From positions 27,788-91,787 of the forward strand of contig JBMOKG010000008.1 in the NCBI GenBank assembly GCA_049315385.1: 64,000 bases of DNA. Reading direction: 5' to 3'. This document shows, one piece after another, positions 31,405-40,850 of this stretch. The notes below the pieces were generated by a model. The model saw nothing but the letters and a program-made list of their open reading frames with translations, was not told the DNA's origin and did not search any database. Numbering within the stretch: position 1 is the first letter of the stretch; each line of letters starts with the position of its first letter. The translations under genes and the position numbers were made by a program. Source of the DNA: Bacteroidales bacterium (GTDB lineage Bacteria > Bacteroidota > Bacteroidia > Bacteroidales > JACABE01).

Positions 31405-33411
31405 TTAATGATTTAAGATTATTTTTCCAGTAAACCATTGCAAATTATCATTAAATTTTAAAAAATATATCCCTGTACTATAATTACTTAAATCAATTTC
31501 TATACTTGATTCATTTTTGGAATTAAATTTAGCCATTAATTTTCCTGCAATATCAAAAAGGAATATCTCATTTATTTTTCCTTCTATTTCAACTGTAATT
31601 TTCCCGGAAGTTGGATTGGGATAGAATTTAATTTCTTTATTTTTAAAAGTACGATTTTCTTTATTGTCCGTATAATCTATTTGTTTCAATGTATTTGTAA
31701 TATTTTTATTGTTAGATGAGTCCGGGTTCTTATAAGAAGGAAATACTTTTAAATTTGTTTTAGGTGGGTTTTGTTGTATTTTTCTTGATGTATCTATCAC
31801 TACATGAGCAACAATAGTATTATTCGAAATATAAGTTGTATCTGAAACTTCTTTTGAATAAATTTTCGCATTACATTCAGGAACATAAGAAAACTGATAA
31901 ATAATTTTTTTCAACAAACTATTTAATAATTCGACATCATATTGATCTGTAGTTGGTTTCGCATGTTTATCACCAATATTACTATGATCTGTTAAAAAAA
32001 CATAGGTTCCATTAGTCGCCAAAGCAATACTCCGCATAAGGTATTCAAGGCTGGATGCATGACTGAATGTTTCAGCACTTGCAATTACAGGTATCACTTT
32101 AATGCCTTTTTCAGCCGCTTTTTGAGTATATATCTGCATCTTTTTTATGACATCAGCATTTGTAAGTGGTTGTTCATCCATTACAAAAAAAAGCAATCTG
32201 GCTCGGGCTGAAGGATTCCATTGAAGACTGTCAATTGATACACGAAATGCTTCCTCCACAACTTCATCTCCACCTTCTCCTGAATACTGATTTTTAATAA
32301 AATTTACAGTTTTTTCAATGTTAGAACTTAAAATTGAAGTTTTAGTTACATAAGAATTTCCATAACAACGATAGAAAATACTACCAAGATGAATTGTATT
32401 TCCAGGAAAATTTGATTTCGTATTTTGAATAATATCAACTAGATCAGATTGAAGAAAAGCTATTTCATCATCCATGGATGAAGTTGCATCTACTACAAAA
32501 GCAATATCTATCTGATTGGGAATATCACAATCAACAGGAATTTTAAAAGCATTAATTCCATTTTTGAATAACCCCGGATTTTCATAGTTATAAGTTTTGT
32601 TTTCATAGATAACTACCAACTGCATATTCTGAATTTTTGAATCTTCAAACATGTTAAGCCAGAGTTCTGCTTTTCCTGTATTATCTGTCCGTGCACTCCA
32701 TATTGTATTCCCTTCTGCATTTTTTAATAATACTACAGCATCTACAACGGCCATTTCTTTATTGCCTCTTACCTGAACAGCATACCTTAATTGTGGTGAT
32801 ATTTTCCATACTTCCTGAAATTGTTTTAATTCATTTTTCTTAATATCCTGCCAAAGTTCCCATTTACTAAAGTCATTCAACATTGAAGCAGTAAGTTTTC
32901 CCGGTTTATTGATTTCAAAATTTATATTCTTTTTATTTTCTGAAATAACGTCTCTGTCAACTCTGGTTATATTTGAACTTTTAATTGCAACAGCACTGTA
33001 ACACTGATCTCTACTTATCAAAGGTGTTTTATATTCCACAATCGAAATTTCTTGCAGAGTTACAGATTTTGCCTTCAACTTAATATTCTGAATATTCGTA
33101 TCTCCGCTTATTATTTTTACTGCTTTTACTATCACTTTTTCATAACCTACGTAACTAACTTTGATATCAACAATACAGGCTGATTTGAATTTAATTATAT
33201 AATTCCCATCAATATCAGTAGATGAAGAAGTTATCACCTTATTATTATCCATTATTAATACATTAGCAAAGGCAATAGCTTCAAGTGATCCATCTTCAAT
33301 TACTTTACCTTTTAAACAAGTCGTTTGTGATTGAAGTTTGAAATTTGAAAATAAAACTAAGATTACAGGAACCAAATACAAATACATGAAAATTGTTTTT
33401 TTGTAACTCAT
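31405..33411 (-). CDS. secreted vWA-domain protein with CarboxypepD_reg-like N-domain and T9SS C-terminal sorting domain
   Basis: Start moved to the internal ATG (MSYKKTIFMYLYLVPVILVLF signal peptide). vWA MIDAS context DIAFVVDATSSMDDE. C-terminus FYPNPTSGKITVEI...GIYFLKF is typical of a T9SS CTD. Confidence 0.8.
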   Translation of the reverse strand: MSYKKTIFMYLYLVPVILVLFSNFKLQSQTTCLKGKVIEDGSLEAIAFANVLIMDNNKVITSSSTDIDGNYIIKFKSACIVDIKVSYVGYEKVIVKAVKIISGDTNIQNIKLKAKSVTLQEISIVEYKTPLISRDQCYSAVAIKSSNITRVDRDVISENKKNINFEINKPGKLTASMLNDFSKWELWQDIKKNELKQFQEVWKISPQLRYAVQVRGNKEMAVVDAVVLLKNAEGNTIWSARTDNTGKAELWLNMFEDSKIQNMQLVVIYENKTYNYENPGLFKNGINAFKIPVDCDIPNQIDIAFVVDATSSMDDEIAFLQSDLVDIIQNTKSNFPGNTIHLGSIFYRCYGNSYVTKTSILSSNIEKTVNFIKNQYSGEGGDEVVEEAFRVSIDSLQWNPSARARLLFFVMDEQPLTNADVIKKMQIYTQKAAEKGIKVIPVIASAETFSHASSLEYLMRSIALATNGTYVFLTDHSNIGDKHAKPTTDQYDVELLNSLLKKIIYQFSYVPECNAKIYSKEVSDTTYISNNTIVAHVVIDTSRKIQQNPPKTNLKVFPSYKNPDSSNNKNITNTLKQIDYTDNKENRTFKNKEIKFYPNPTSGKITVEIEGKINEIFLFDIAGKLMAKFNSKNESSIEIDLSNYSTGIYFLKFNDNLQWFTGKIILNH

Positions 33412-33725
33412 CTGTTTAAATATTAAAGGATTAGAAATATGGCTAAATTGCCGGTTAAGTTTATCAGACTTAAAATTAATACATAACAGAAGTAAAGTCA
33501 ATGATGAATCAGAATTGGGTAGGAGAATTAAAGTTATAGGTTGATATTTAAAAGTTAAAGGGATATTTTCAAAAGGATGTATCGTCAAATCATGTAAGGA
33601 ATTTTCATTGCTTCAAATTTCAAATGAAAAATCAATCAAAGTTGTTTGTCTTTAGGATAAAAGATGAGAAATAAGATTTTTAAGTTTTTGATTACCAATA
33701 AAATATGGCTAAGCGGAAAAGCATT

Positions 33726-34256
33726 TCATTCAATTTTCATAAATTTCTCATCGAATAGTCCTATCAATATACTGTTTCCTTCATTATCAATCTTTAGTCC
33801 ACCGTATTTAGATTTTTCAAATTTTTCTGATTGGCCTTCTTCGAAAAAATAAGATTCGGCACCGATATTAATATTCCTTTTTCCTATAGTAAATTTAATC
33901 AGATATTCTTGCTCTTTTATAGGGCTTTTGTCTTTTTGTATTCTCAGTTTACAAGCAATACCATTTGTATCTAATTGAATTACAATGTAACCATGTTTAA
34001 GTATTGACCTTTCAGGAATAAAGTTTTTTTCTAATATATTTATATTTCGATTAAAATTGAAAATACTGTCTGAAATTGCATAATGTAACTGCATATAATC
34101 ACCCTGAATCAATGAACGGGGATCAACAGGAGCTAATTTTAAAAAAATAAGTTTACCTTCTTTTAAAATAGTCTCTTTGCTCATTATAGAACGATTAAAT
34201 ACAACTAACAAAATAACAAGATTAACTAAAATGATAACCCATTTATATTTCTTCAT
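33726..34256 (-). CDS. GDYXXLXY domain-containing protein
   Basis: 176 aa with an N-terminal TM helix and the eponymous motif GDYMQLHY. Overlaps the upstream gene by 14 nt. Confidence 0.8.
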   Translation of the reverse strand: MKKYKWVIILVNLVILLVVFNRSIMSKETILKEGKLIFLKLAPVDPRSLIQGDYMQLHYAISDSIFNFNRNINILEKNFIPERSILKHGYIVIQLDTNGIACKLRIQKDKSPIKEQEYLIKFTIGKRNINIGAESYFFEEGQSEKFEKSKYGGLKIDNEGNSILIGLFDEKFMKIE

Positions 34257-35319
34257 CTTTTCTTAAGTTTTTGTAAGTGAATAAATAGAACAACAAGAAT
34301 AGCACGCCTGATGAAAATAAGATAATTGATTTAATTAATAAGGTAAATCCAAGATCGTAATAAAACTGTGAAATAAAATAAATAAAAGCAATTATACCAA
34401 TTGCAAGCCCGGTTTTATAATTGACTAAAAAACAAAGAAGTATGATTAACAGAGAGCCGGAAATAGCAGGCGAATAGGCTGTTGCTAATAAAAATAAAAA
34501 GCTTGAAGCAAAAATTAAAATTTTTGTCTTAAGTGAATTTGTTTTGATAATTCCCAGAATAACTGAAATTACATAAATAGATACAGGAATTGTAAAAATT
34601 GATGAAAACCAGCTATGTTCTATAGAAAAGTAAAACAAATCCTTTTTACCAACAAATGTCAATCCGGAAATGAGAGAAATAATCAATCCTATTCTTAACG
34701 GATTATAAAGTTTTGATAGGTTTTTACGATAAGTTATAAGTTTGGCTTCGTTCAGCATAATATAGCTCAATAAAACTACCAATAATCCTATATAAATATG
34801 AATTAAAGGATATGCATCATTATCAATTGCCATAAATATCAAACTACCGTTAATTATCAGTACTGCAATAAATGAAAGTATATAGTTTTGTGTGATTATG
34901 ACTGAAATAAGAGCAATTACTATAAACAAAATACAAATTGCATTTGAATCTAACTGCATTTGACCTAGACCCATTCCAAGCAATGTAAATCCAATCACAT
35001 AAGCAGATATGCTGAATGTATCAATAATGAGTTTGTCAAATTCAATATTAATCCATATAGAGACTGCTATCAGTCCAAACCCAAAAAACAATAGTCCTGT
35101 TTTAGATTCATATAAGCCAGCTATCATCAAAAACCCAATGAAAGCCATACTTGCTAAAATACCACCGCAAACAGATAATATTTTAATTGCAATACTTGAT
35201 TGTTCAGTTGTAGATTTCTTGTATTCGTTTTCAATAGCAGTTTCATCATATTCAAACGCTTCTCCTTCTGAGAGTTTGATTTGATTAAGCATCTCTTTTA
35301 TGTTGATTACATTACTCAT
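34243..35319 (-). CDS. polytopic membrane protein, DUF4401-like
   Basis: About 10 predicted TM helices. Family assigned mainly from the conserved DUF2157/DUF4401/GDYXXLXY neighbourhood. The likely start is the ATG at 35319, overlapping the upstream stop as ATGAGTAA. Confidence 0.6.
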   Translation of the reverse strand: MSNVINIKEMLNQIKLSEGEAFEYDETAIENEYKKSTTEQSSIAIKILSVCGGILASMAFIGFLMIAGLYESKTGLLFFGFGLIAVSIWINIEFDKLIIDTFSISAYVIGFTLLGMGLGQMQLDSNAICILFIVIALISVIITQNYILSFIAVLIINGSLIFMAIDNDAYPLIHIYIGLLVVLLSYIMLNEAKLITYRKNLSKLYNPLRIGLIISLISGLTFVGKKDLFYFSIEHSWFSSIFTIPVSIYVISVILGIIKTNSLKTKILIFASSFLFLLATAYSPAISGSLLIILLCFLVNYKTGLAIGIIAFIYFISQFYYDLGFTLLIKSIILFSSGVLFLLFYLFTYKNLRKDEEI

Positions 35320-36259
35320 GATACCATTTTTTTTGAAGATCAATTAATGTTTTAATTAAGAAGCTTATGCTTGCTATTATAAAAAGGCTCAGCATAAAAA
35401 ACATTGCAGCACCATCGGATATTTTAATAAGTAAAGCAGAAATGATAATGATGATACTGAATGGAATGATAGAAAGAAAAAATCCGCTTTTAGTTTTTAT
35501 ACCATATATAATACCAGACAAATACAAAGCAAATGCGATAATAATAAACACTGCTAAAATCCAGTTTTTTTCTTCTTCAAAAACCCCGGCTATTATTCCT
35601 ATCGTTGAAAAACCAATAGATGCAACTACTATTGTATTTGTGAACCATTTTGGAAATTTATTTTCGGGTTTAAATTTCCGGAAGTAAATTAAAAATATAA
35701 AAATCAGCGAATTGAATAAAAACAGAATAAGGAAAACAAAAATTTCGGACCAGCCTTCTGCCATTTGTTGCGAATATAAAACAAAAGTGGTATTTAGCAG
35801 TGTAAGAAAAACAATCCACAAAGGAGGAAAGTTGGATATGATAACCCAAAGTGTAATAAAAACGGTCCATCCAAGAAAAAAGTCGTAAGCATTAGCACCG
35901 GTTTGGTAAATCTGACCAAAAACAGCAAAGAGAATACCTACCAAAACAGCTGCCGCTGTCAATAAAATATTTTTTATGCCTATATCTAATTTTGTAAACA
36001 AAACTAAAGATGAAGTAAGCATAATAAGTCCTTCTATCATGCCTATTTTAATAAATTTATGAAGATCAGCCCAATTGTAAGCAAAGAAGAAAAGAATTCC
36101 AGCGGTAGTAAATCCTATACCTAAGGTGATTAACAATAACTGAAGAAATTTTTTCCAGGCTTTTATATCAGCATAATGTCCATCTTTTAATGCCTGATTT
36201 ACTCCGGCAATAGACCAGTTACTATGCCTACTGATAATATGAATATCATCTCTGTTCAT
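35312..36259 (-). CDS. polytopic membrane protein, DUF2157-like
   Basis: 315 aa. A short cytoplasmic N-terminus is followed by about 9 TM helices. First gene of the triad. Confidence 0.6.
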   Translation of the reverse strand: MNRDDIHIISRHSNWSIAGVNQALKDGHYADIKAWKKFLQLLLITLGIGFTTAGILFFFAYNWADLHKFIKIGMIEGLIMLTSSLVLFTKLDIGIKNILLTAAAVLVGILFAVFGQIYQTGANAYDFFLGWTVFITLWVIISNFPPLWIVFLTLLNTTFVLYSQQMAEGWSEIFVFLILFLFNSLIFIFLIYFRKFKPENKFPKWFTNTIVVASIGFSTIGIIAGVFEEEKNWILAVFIIIAFALYLSGIIYGIKTKSGFFLSIIPFSIIIIISALLIKISDGAAMFFMLSLFIIASISFLIKTLIDLQKKWYHE

Positions 36260-36478
36260 ATTCCTATTGTTTAAGTATTATAATATCAATTATATACATT
36301 AGTAGTGAAAAATGCGTTTGCCATTCTCCTTTTTTATTTTTTCATTCGTTTTCAAAAATAATGAAATTTAATAGAATACAAAGATTTTTTTAAGAAGTAT
36401 GGTATAATTAAATGAATATAAAAAAAGCGGGATTGAAGAAACTATTACAAACCCGCTTTTAAAATTTAAGAATTAATA

Positions 36479-36787
36479 CTACTTATTTTCAATTTGTTTA
36501 AAAAACAAATTTGGAAGTTTCTTTCTCCAGGCATAAACAAAAATGCCAAGTGCATATATTCCAATATTGAAGATCCCTATTGAAAAAATACCAATTGAAA
36601 AAATACCAATTGAAAAGATGCCGATAGAAAAATTTCCAGCGGCGAAAACTCCCATAGCATATTCACCAGATGCGAAATAATTACAACTATAAGTACCTGC
36701 ACTCATAAGATTGCCATTAAAATAATTTAAAATAAGTCCGGTAATCACCAGAACAACAGCTGTTAATAGAATCCAGTGTTTTTTCAT
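36479..36787 (-). CDS. small membrane protein with (GIFSI)n pentapeptide repeats
   Basis: 102 aa: an N-terminal TM helix, then GVFAAGNFSIGIFSIGIFSIGIFSIGIFNIGIYALGIF. Confidence 0.65.
   Translation of the reverse strand: MKKHWILLTAVVLVITGLILNYFNGNLMSAGTYSCNYFASGEYAMGVFAAGNFSIGIFSIGIFSIGIFSIGIFNIGIYALGIFVYAWRKKLPNLFFKQIENK
36561..36650. repeat. 15-bp tandem repeat array encoding the GIFSI repeats
   Basis: Successive 15-nt units: ccaatattgaagatc, cctattgaaaaaata, ccaattgaaaaaata, ccaattgaaaagatg, ccgatagaaaaattt, ccagcggcgaaaact. Confidence 0.85.
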
Positions 36788-36952
36788 TTTTTTATAAATT
36801 TAAAGATTAATAATAATTGCATTCACTTGAATCGCAATGCAATATTACATCAAGAATATTGAATCTTATATCTTTTGGGATACAAGGTAAATAATTGTGA
36901 CGAAATGTAAAGGTGGGTGATGAATAGATTTTTTCTGGGGACAAACTTCTGC

Positions 36953-37807
36953 TTACTTATAAGTTTGCATTTGATTTTTGAGTTTCTTTGAGAAATTCCG
37001 TGAAACGGGGATTTCTATTTCTGTATGCTTCAAAACCAATTTTAATCCCTGTGAGTTGCCTTTAACCTGAATAATTTTATGGATATTGACCAGAAAGGCC
37101 CGATGACATTTTACAATAGCAGTATTGTTTTCGAGTTGTAATTCAGTCCTTTTCAGGGTAGATCGTAAAATATTGTTTTTCAATTGATTATTTACCTCAT
37201 AAAAAATCTCGATATAATTTCCACAGGATTCGATGTACAATAAATCCGATAATTCAATTTCAAATTTATCTTTATTATTATCAGCCACGAAGCAAAGTTT
37301 TTGCTTTGACAATTCATCTTTATTGTGATGGATGCCTGCATTGAATTCATTTGCAGATTTTAAATTTTGTGATAAGCTATAATTTTTACGCATTATTGTC
37401 AGCACTACAATAGGGATAATTCCAACAGCTAAAGTATAGACCTGAAAAACAATAAACCCATGCCAGCTCCAAAACGAAAATAAAACAGCAGAATAAAGGT
37501 AATTGCCTGTTCCAATACTTAACAGTGTCCAGCTAAGCCAAAGAATTTGCTTTATCAGTGTCCATGATGCAGGGTTGAACCATTTCTTTAAAAAAAAAGA
37601 AGATATCAATAAATTAATCATCAATATTATCAGACATATACCACCATAGCCGGCTAATAAAAATACTTTATAAGAATGATGTAAATTAACAAGGCCAAAA
37701 GGTTGGAAGACAATCATAAATAAAGCAACGAATAAGCTAATGAAAATGGGTAGTTTCCATTTGCTTTCAGTTAGCGGATAAGGTTGGTGGATGTATGCTT
37801 TGATCAT
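36953..37807 (-). CDS. membrane-anchored LytTR-family DNA-binding protein
   Basis: About 4 N-terminal TM helices, then a C-terminal LytTR-like domain (LLYIESCGNYIEIFY ... CHRAFLVNIHKI). Confidence 0.8.
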   Translation of the reverse strand: MIKAYIHQPYPLTESKWKLPIFISLFVALFMIVFQPFGLVNLHHSYKVFLLAGYGGICLIILMINLLISSFFLKKWFNPASWTLIKQILWLSWTLLSIGTGNYLYSAVLFSFWSWHGFIVFQVYTLAVGIIPIVVLTIMRKNYSLSQNLKSANEFNAGIHHNKDELSKQKLCFVADNNKDKFEIELSDLLYIESCGNYIEIFYEVNNQLKNNILRSTLKRTELQLENNTAIVKCHRAFLVNIHKIIQVKGNSQGLKLVLKHTEIEIPVSRNFSKKLKNQMQTYK

Positions 37808-37925
37808 TTAACAATAGCTTTTGCTTAACGAAATAATATTTATCAAAAATAATGCTTTTATTGTAAAACACAATGATAGATTTCAAATTTTCAAAAATAA
37901 CAATACAGATTATAGTCAATAAATA

Positions 37926-39698
37926 TCATTTATTATGTTTAGCAATTTCAATAGCTTTTTCAAGGAACTCATCCCTTCCTTCTTTAATACCCTGAATTGT
38001 TTTGTTTACATAAATATCGGGAAGAATTCCAATTCCATGATGTTGTGAACCATTGTGTTTTAGCACTTTCATACCTGTAAAGCGAATGCTGTATCCACCG
38101 GGTAAATCAAATGTATTTACATTTCCATTGGTTCCAGCTGTGGGTTGACCTACAATTGTTGCTAAGTGATATCCTTCAATATATCCCATATAGCTTTCTG
38201 CATAACTGATTGCACTTCCATCTATGATAAAAACAATTTTTTTATCACCCAAATAGGGTTTGCTTGGTTTCATCATTCTTTCCCAGTTATATTTAGCATA
38301 TCCTAATATTCTTTCCTGATCAGGATAAACAATACGAGGAACTTGCATCCAGGCGGAAACAGTATCATCATTTTTTAAAAAATGTGTGATAAATTCAGGA
38401 TTACTTTTTGGATACCCTCTTAAATCACAAATAATGGCTTTACTTTTCTCTAATTTTGGCAATAGACTTTTTATAGTTTCTGTTGTAACTATATCTAAAT
38501 TTATATATTAAATACTGTCATCAATAATTGAATCACTTTTCTTTGACCAGGCTTCAGGATTAATATAAGAACTATATCTTATAAGTTCAATTGGTTTATT
38601 ATTGATAGTGACTATAAGTTTTGATCTAAATTCGCCCTGCAGACTTTCAGTATTTGCTCTGTAATTTAACCATCCTTTTGTGCCGGCAGAAATTCCAGCA
38701 TTAATTGCATTAAAATAATCCTGTGCATTTTGACCGTTGATTTTAGAAACAACATCCCCAATTTTAATATCTAAACTATCTTTGTAAACCCCTGTTATAA
38801 CTAATTGTTTTTCTATCCATTCCCATGAGATTGGAGGAACTGAATAGTCTTTGATATATTTACATTCAATCCAGATATGTCCATCTTTTAGTGGAGCTGT
38901 AAATGTTTTGAGGGTTAATAAATGATCTCTTTCTGATTTATCAGTATAACATCGTGTAAGTGCTTTTCTGAATTCCTCACTCCAATCAACTTTAATAACA
39001 TCGAAATAAGGATAAAAATGTTGAAAAACGTTATATGTATTGATAATATTCCCTAATCTAAAGTAAGGATTTTCTGCTTTTATGTCACAATTTTTCAATT
39101 CTTCATTCAACTGCTTAAGTAATTCTATGTTTGCTTTAGGATAGGTGTTTTGTTTATTGCAATACAATACCTTAGGAAACTGACAATAAATGCCTTTGCT
39201 GATTTCTTTTGAAATAATATTCCCGAATATTGGATGATAGGCATACAACTGCTTATCCGATTCGTTCTCTGTTCTGTTAACTCTGATACTCTTGTATATA
39301 TTCTGATGTCCATTAAAATCATTCATTCCAAATTGAACACCCAGATGTTGCCAGTAAGTTAATTGGTATCCCTTCGTATTTTCAGGAGTTATTTTTTTTA
39401 TATCATAATCAGTTTGCTTTTCTGAAAGACTGAAGATAACAGAAGGTGCAATTGGATTGAAAAGCCGGTTCAATGCTTCAACTACTTCTGCTTTTGTTCT
39501 GCAATTTTCAATTTCCTGAGCTCCATAAATAGCAAACTTATTCCAGTCAATTTGGGAAGCTTCATCACTGGGATGAAAATACTTTATATAACCATATGCT
39601 TTTGCAAAAGCTTTTAGATTTTCAGTTTTTTGTTCAGTACTTACACATGCAGTGAATGAAGTAAAAATGATACAAATGAATAAGAAATATTTCTTCAT
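37926..39698 (-). pseudogene. S41-family peptidase lipoprotein interrupted by one in-frame TAA
   Basis: ORFs 38508-39698 and 37926-38462 share one frame. Reading through the TAA at 38508-38510 gives ...IIDDSI*YINLDIVTTETIKSLLPKLEKSKAIICDLRGYP. The N-terminal part has a lipoprotein signal and a PDZ-like segment. The catalytic-type region (IDGSAISYAES) lies downstream of the stop. Confidence 0.75.
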
Positions 39699-39750
39699 AA
39701 AATTGATTATGAGAATTTTAATAATCTAATAATGAAATTTATAATCTATA

Positions 39751-40698
39751 TTATCTTGTATCAGGCTGAACACCCAGCATGGTAAATAATTCATTGTCTT
39801 TTAGGAATTTCTCAATACTTTCATTGTATTTGAAGTCAATAGATTTTAAATATTCATAATAGGCAGCGATTATTCTGGTAGATTTCCTATCCTCATTATT
39901 TGCTATTATTCTTTCGTACAATGTTTTTATTTCAGGTAATAATTTATCATCCTCATAATCAAAAATTCTAGAGTTATCCATGCCGGAAATTAATGTGGAA
40001 AGATAACCTTCATAATAATTTTTCGCCTCCTCTTTCATAAAAAAATCAGGATATTTTAGCATAAAGTCTTCCCAATTAGTCACTCTAAAGTATAAATCAT
40101 CAAAGCTAATCATTAAAACAGCATCATCAGAAAATCCCTGTCTCAACTCCTCACTCCTGATTCCCAGAAATTCTCTTAAGGCAGGAGAAACGTCCTTTTT
40201 GAATAGATTATAAATATAATCGTGTTTTGCATCAACATAATACATTCCTTCGGTACTTAATAAAGTTAATCCGCACAAATTCAGACATTTCTTAAAATCT
40301 CTTGATTCTGCATCTTTTACATCATTGTTTATTTTTTCTAACACAACTGCATAATTTTCTTCAAAATTATCATTGAATTCATTTATAACCAGATTAAAAT
40401 TCTTCATAAATGCAGTAAATACCTTTTCCTTTTCAGCAGCATTTAGTGTGGCATAGCAGCGTCTGATTATTTTTTCAGTAACAGGAATTGAAATTAATCC
40501 TAAACTTTTATAATTCAAAATCTGATGTTGAATACTATTCAAATCACATGATTCTAAAGCAGACTTTGTTTCACATTCCTTAATTATTTCCTGTATCCTT
40601 ATATAATTTAATGATTTATTCAAATTTTCATCATTTTTACTTCCATGTTTACAGGAAATGATTATAAGTAGTAAAAGGAAGTATTTAATTGATTTCAT
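39751..40698 (-). CDS. hypothetical lipoprotein
   Basis: The internal ATG gives MKSIKYFLLLLIIISC, a lipobox-like signal. No other motif recognised. Confidence 0.55.
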   Translation of the reverse strand: MKSIKYFLLLLIIISCKHGSKNDENLNKSLNYIRIQEIIKECETKSALESCDLNSIQHQILNYKSLGLISIPVTEKIIRRCYATLNAAEKEKVFTAFMKNFNLVINEFNDNFEENYAVVLEKINNDVKDAESRDFKKCLNLCGLTLLSTEGMYYVDAKHDYIYNLFKKDVSPALREFLGIRSEELRQGFSDDAVLMISFDDLYFRVTNWEDFMLKYPDFFMKEEAKNYYEGYLSTLISGMDNSRIFDYEDDKLLPEIKTLYERIIANNEDRKSTRIIAAYYEYLKSIDFKYNESIEKFLKDNELFTMLGVQPDTR

Positions 40699-40850
40699 AT
40701 TCTTTCTCTTTAAAATATAAACTTTTAATGAATATTCTTTACTAATAATGCCAAAAATTGTATTGGTAATTATATTATTTGACACTAAAAAACAAACATC
40801 CGTTTATTCAATAATATAAAGATAAACGGATGTTTTACATTAAGCTGAGG

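Noticed and set aside
33412-33588. N-terminal 59 codons of track ORF 31405-33588.
   Set aside because: The extension has no signal-peptide character. The internal ATG at 33411 is followed by a typical signal peptide, so the shorter start is preferred.
35367-35870. ORFs 35367-35687 (+) and 35670-35870 (-), which overlap the DUF2157-like gene.
   Set aside because: One is antisense and the other is out of frame. Both lie entirely within a longer coherent membrane-protein CDS.
38508-38510. Possibility that the in-frame TAA in the S41 peptidase reflects an alternative genetic code or programmed readthrough.
   Set aside because: TAA terminates many clearly complete genes in this window (rpsK, rpsM, infA, secY, rpmJ and others). 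A reassigned code is therefore excluded. No readthrough signal was recognised, so a nonsense mutation or a sequencing error is the simpler explanation.
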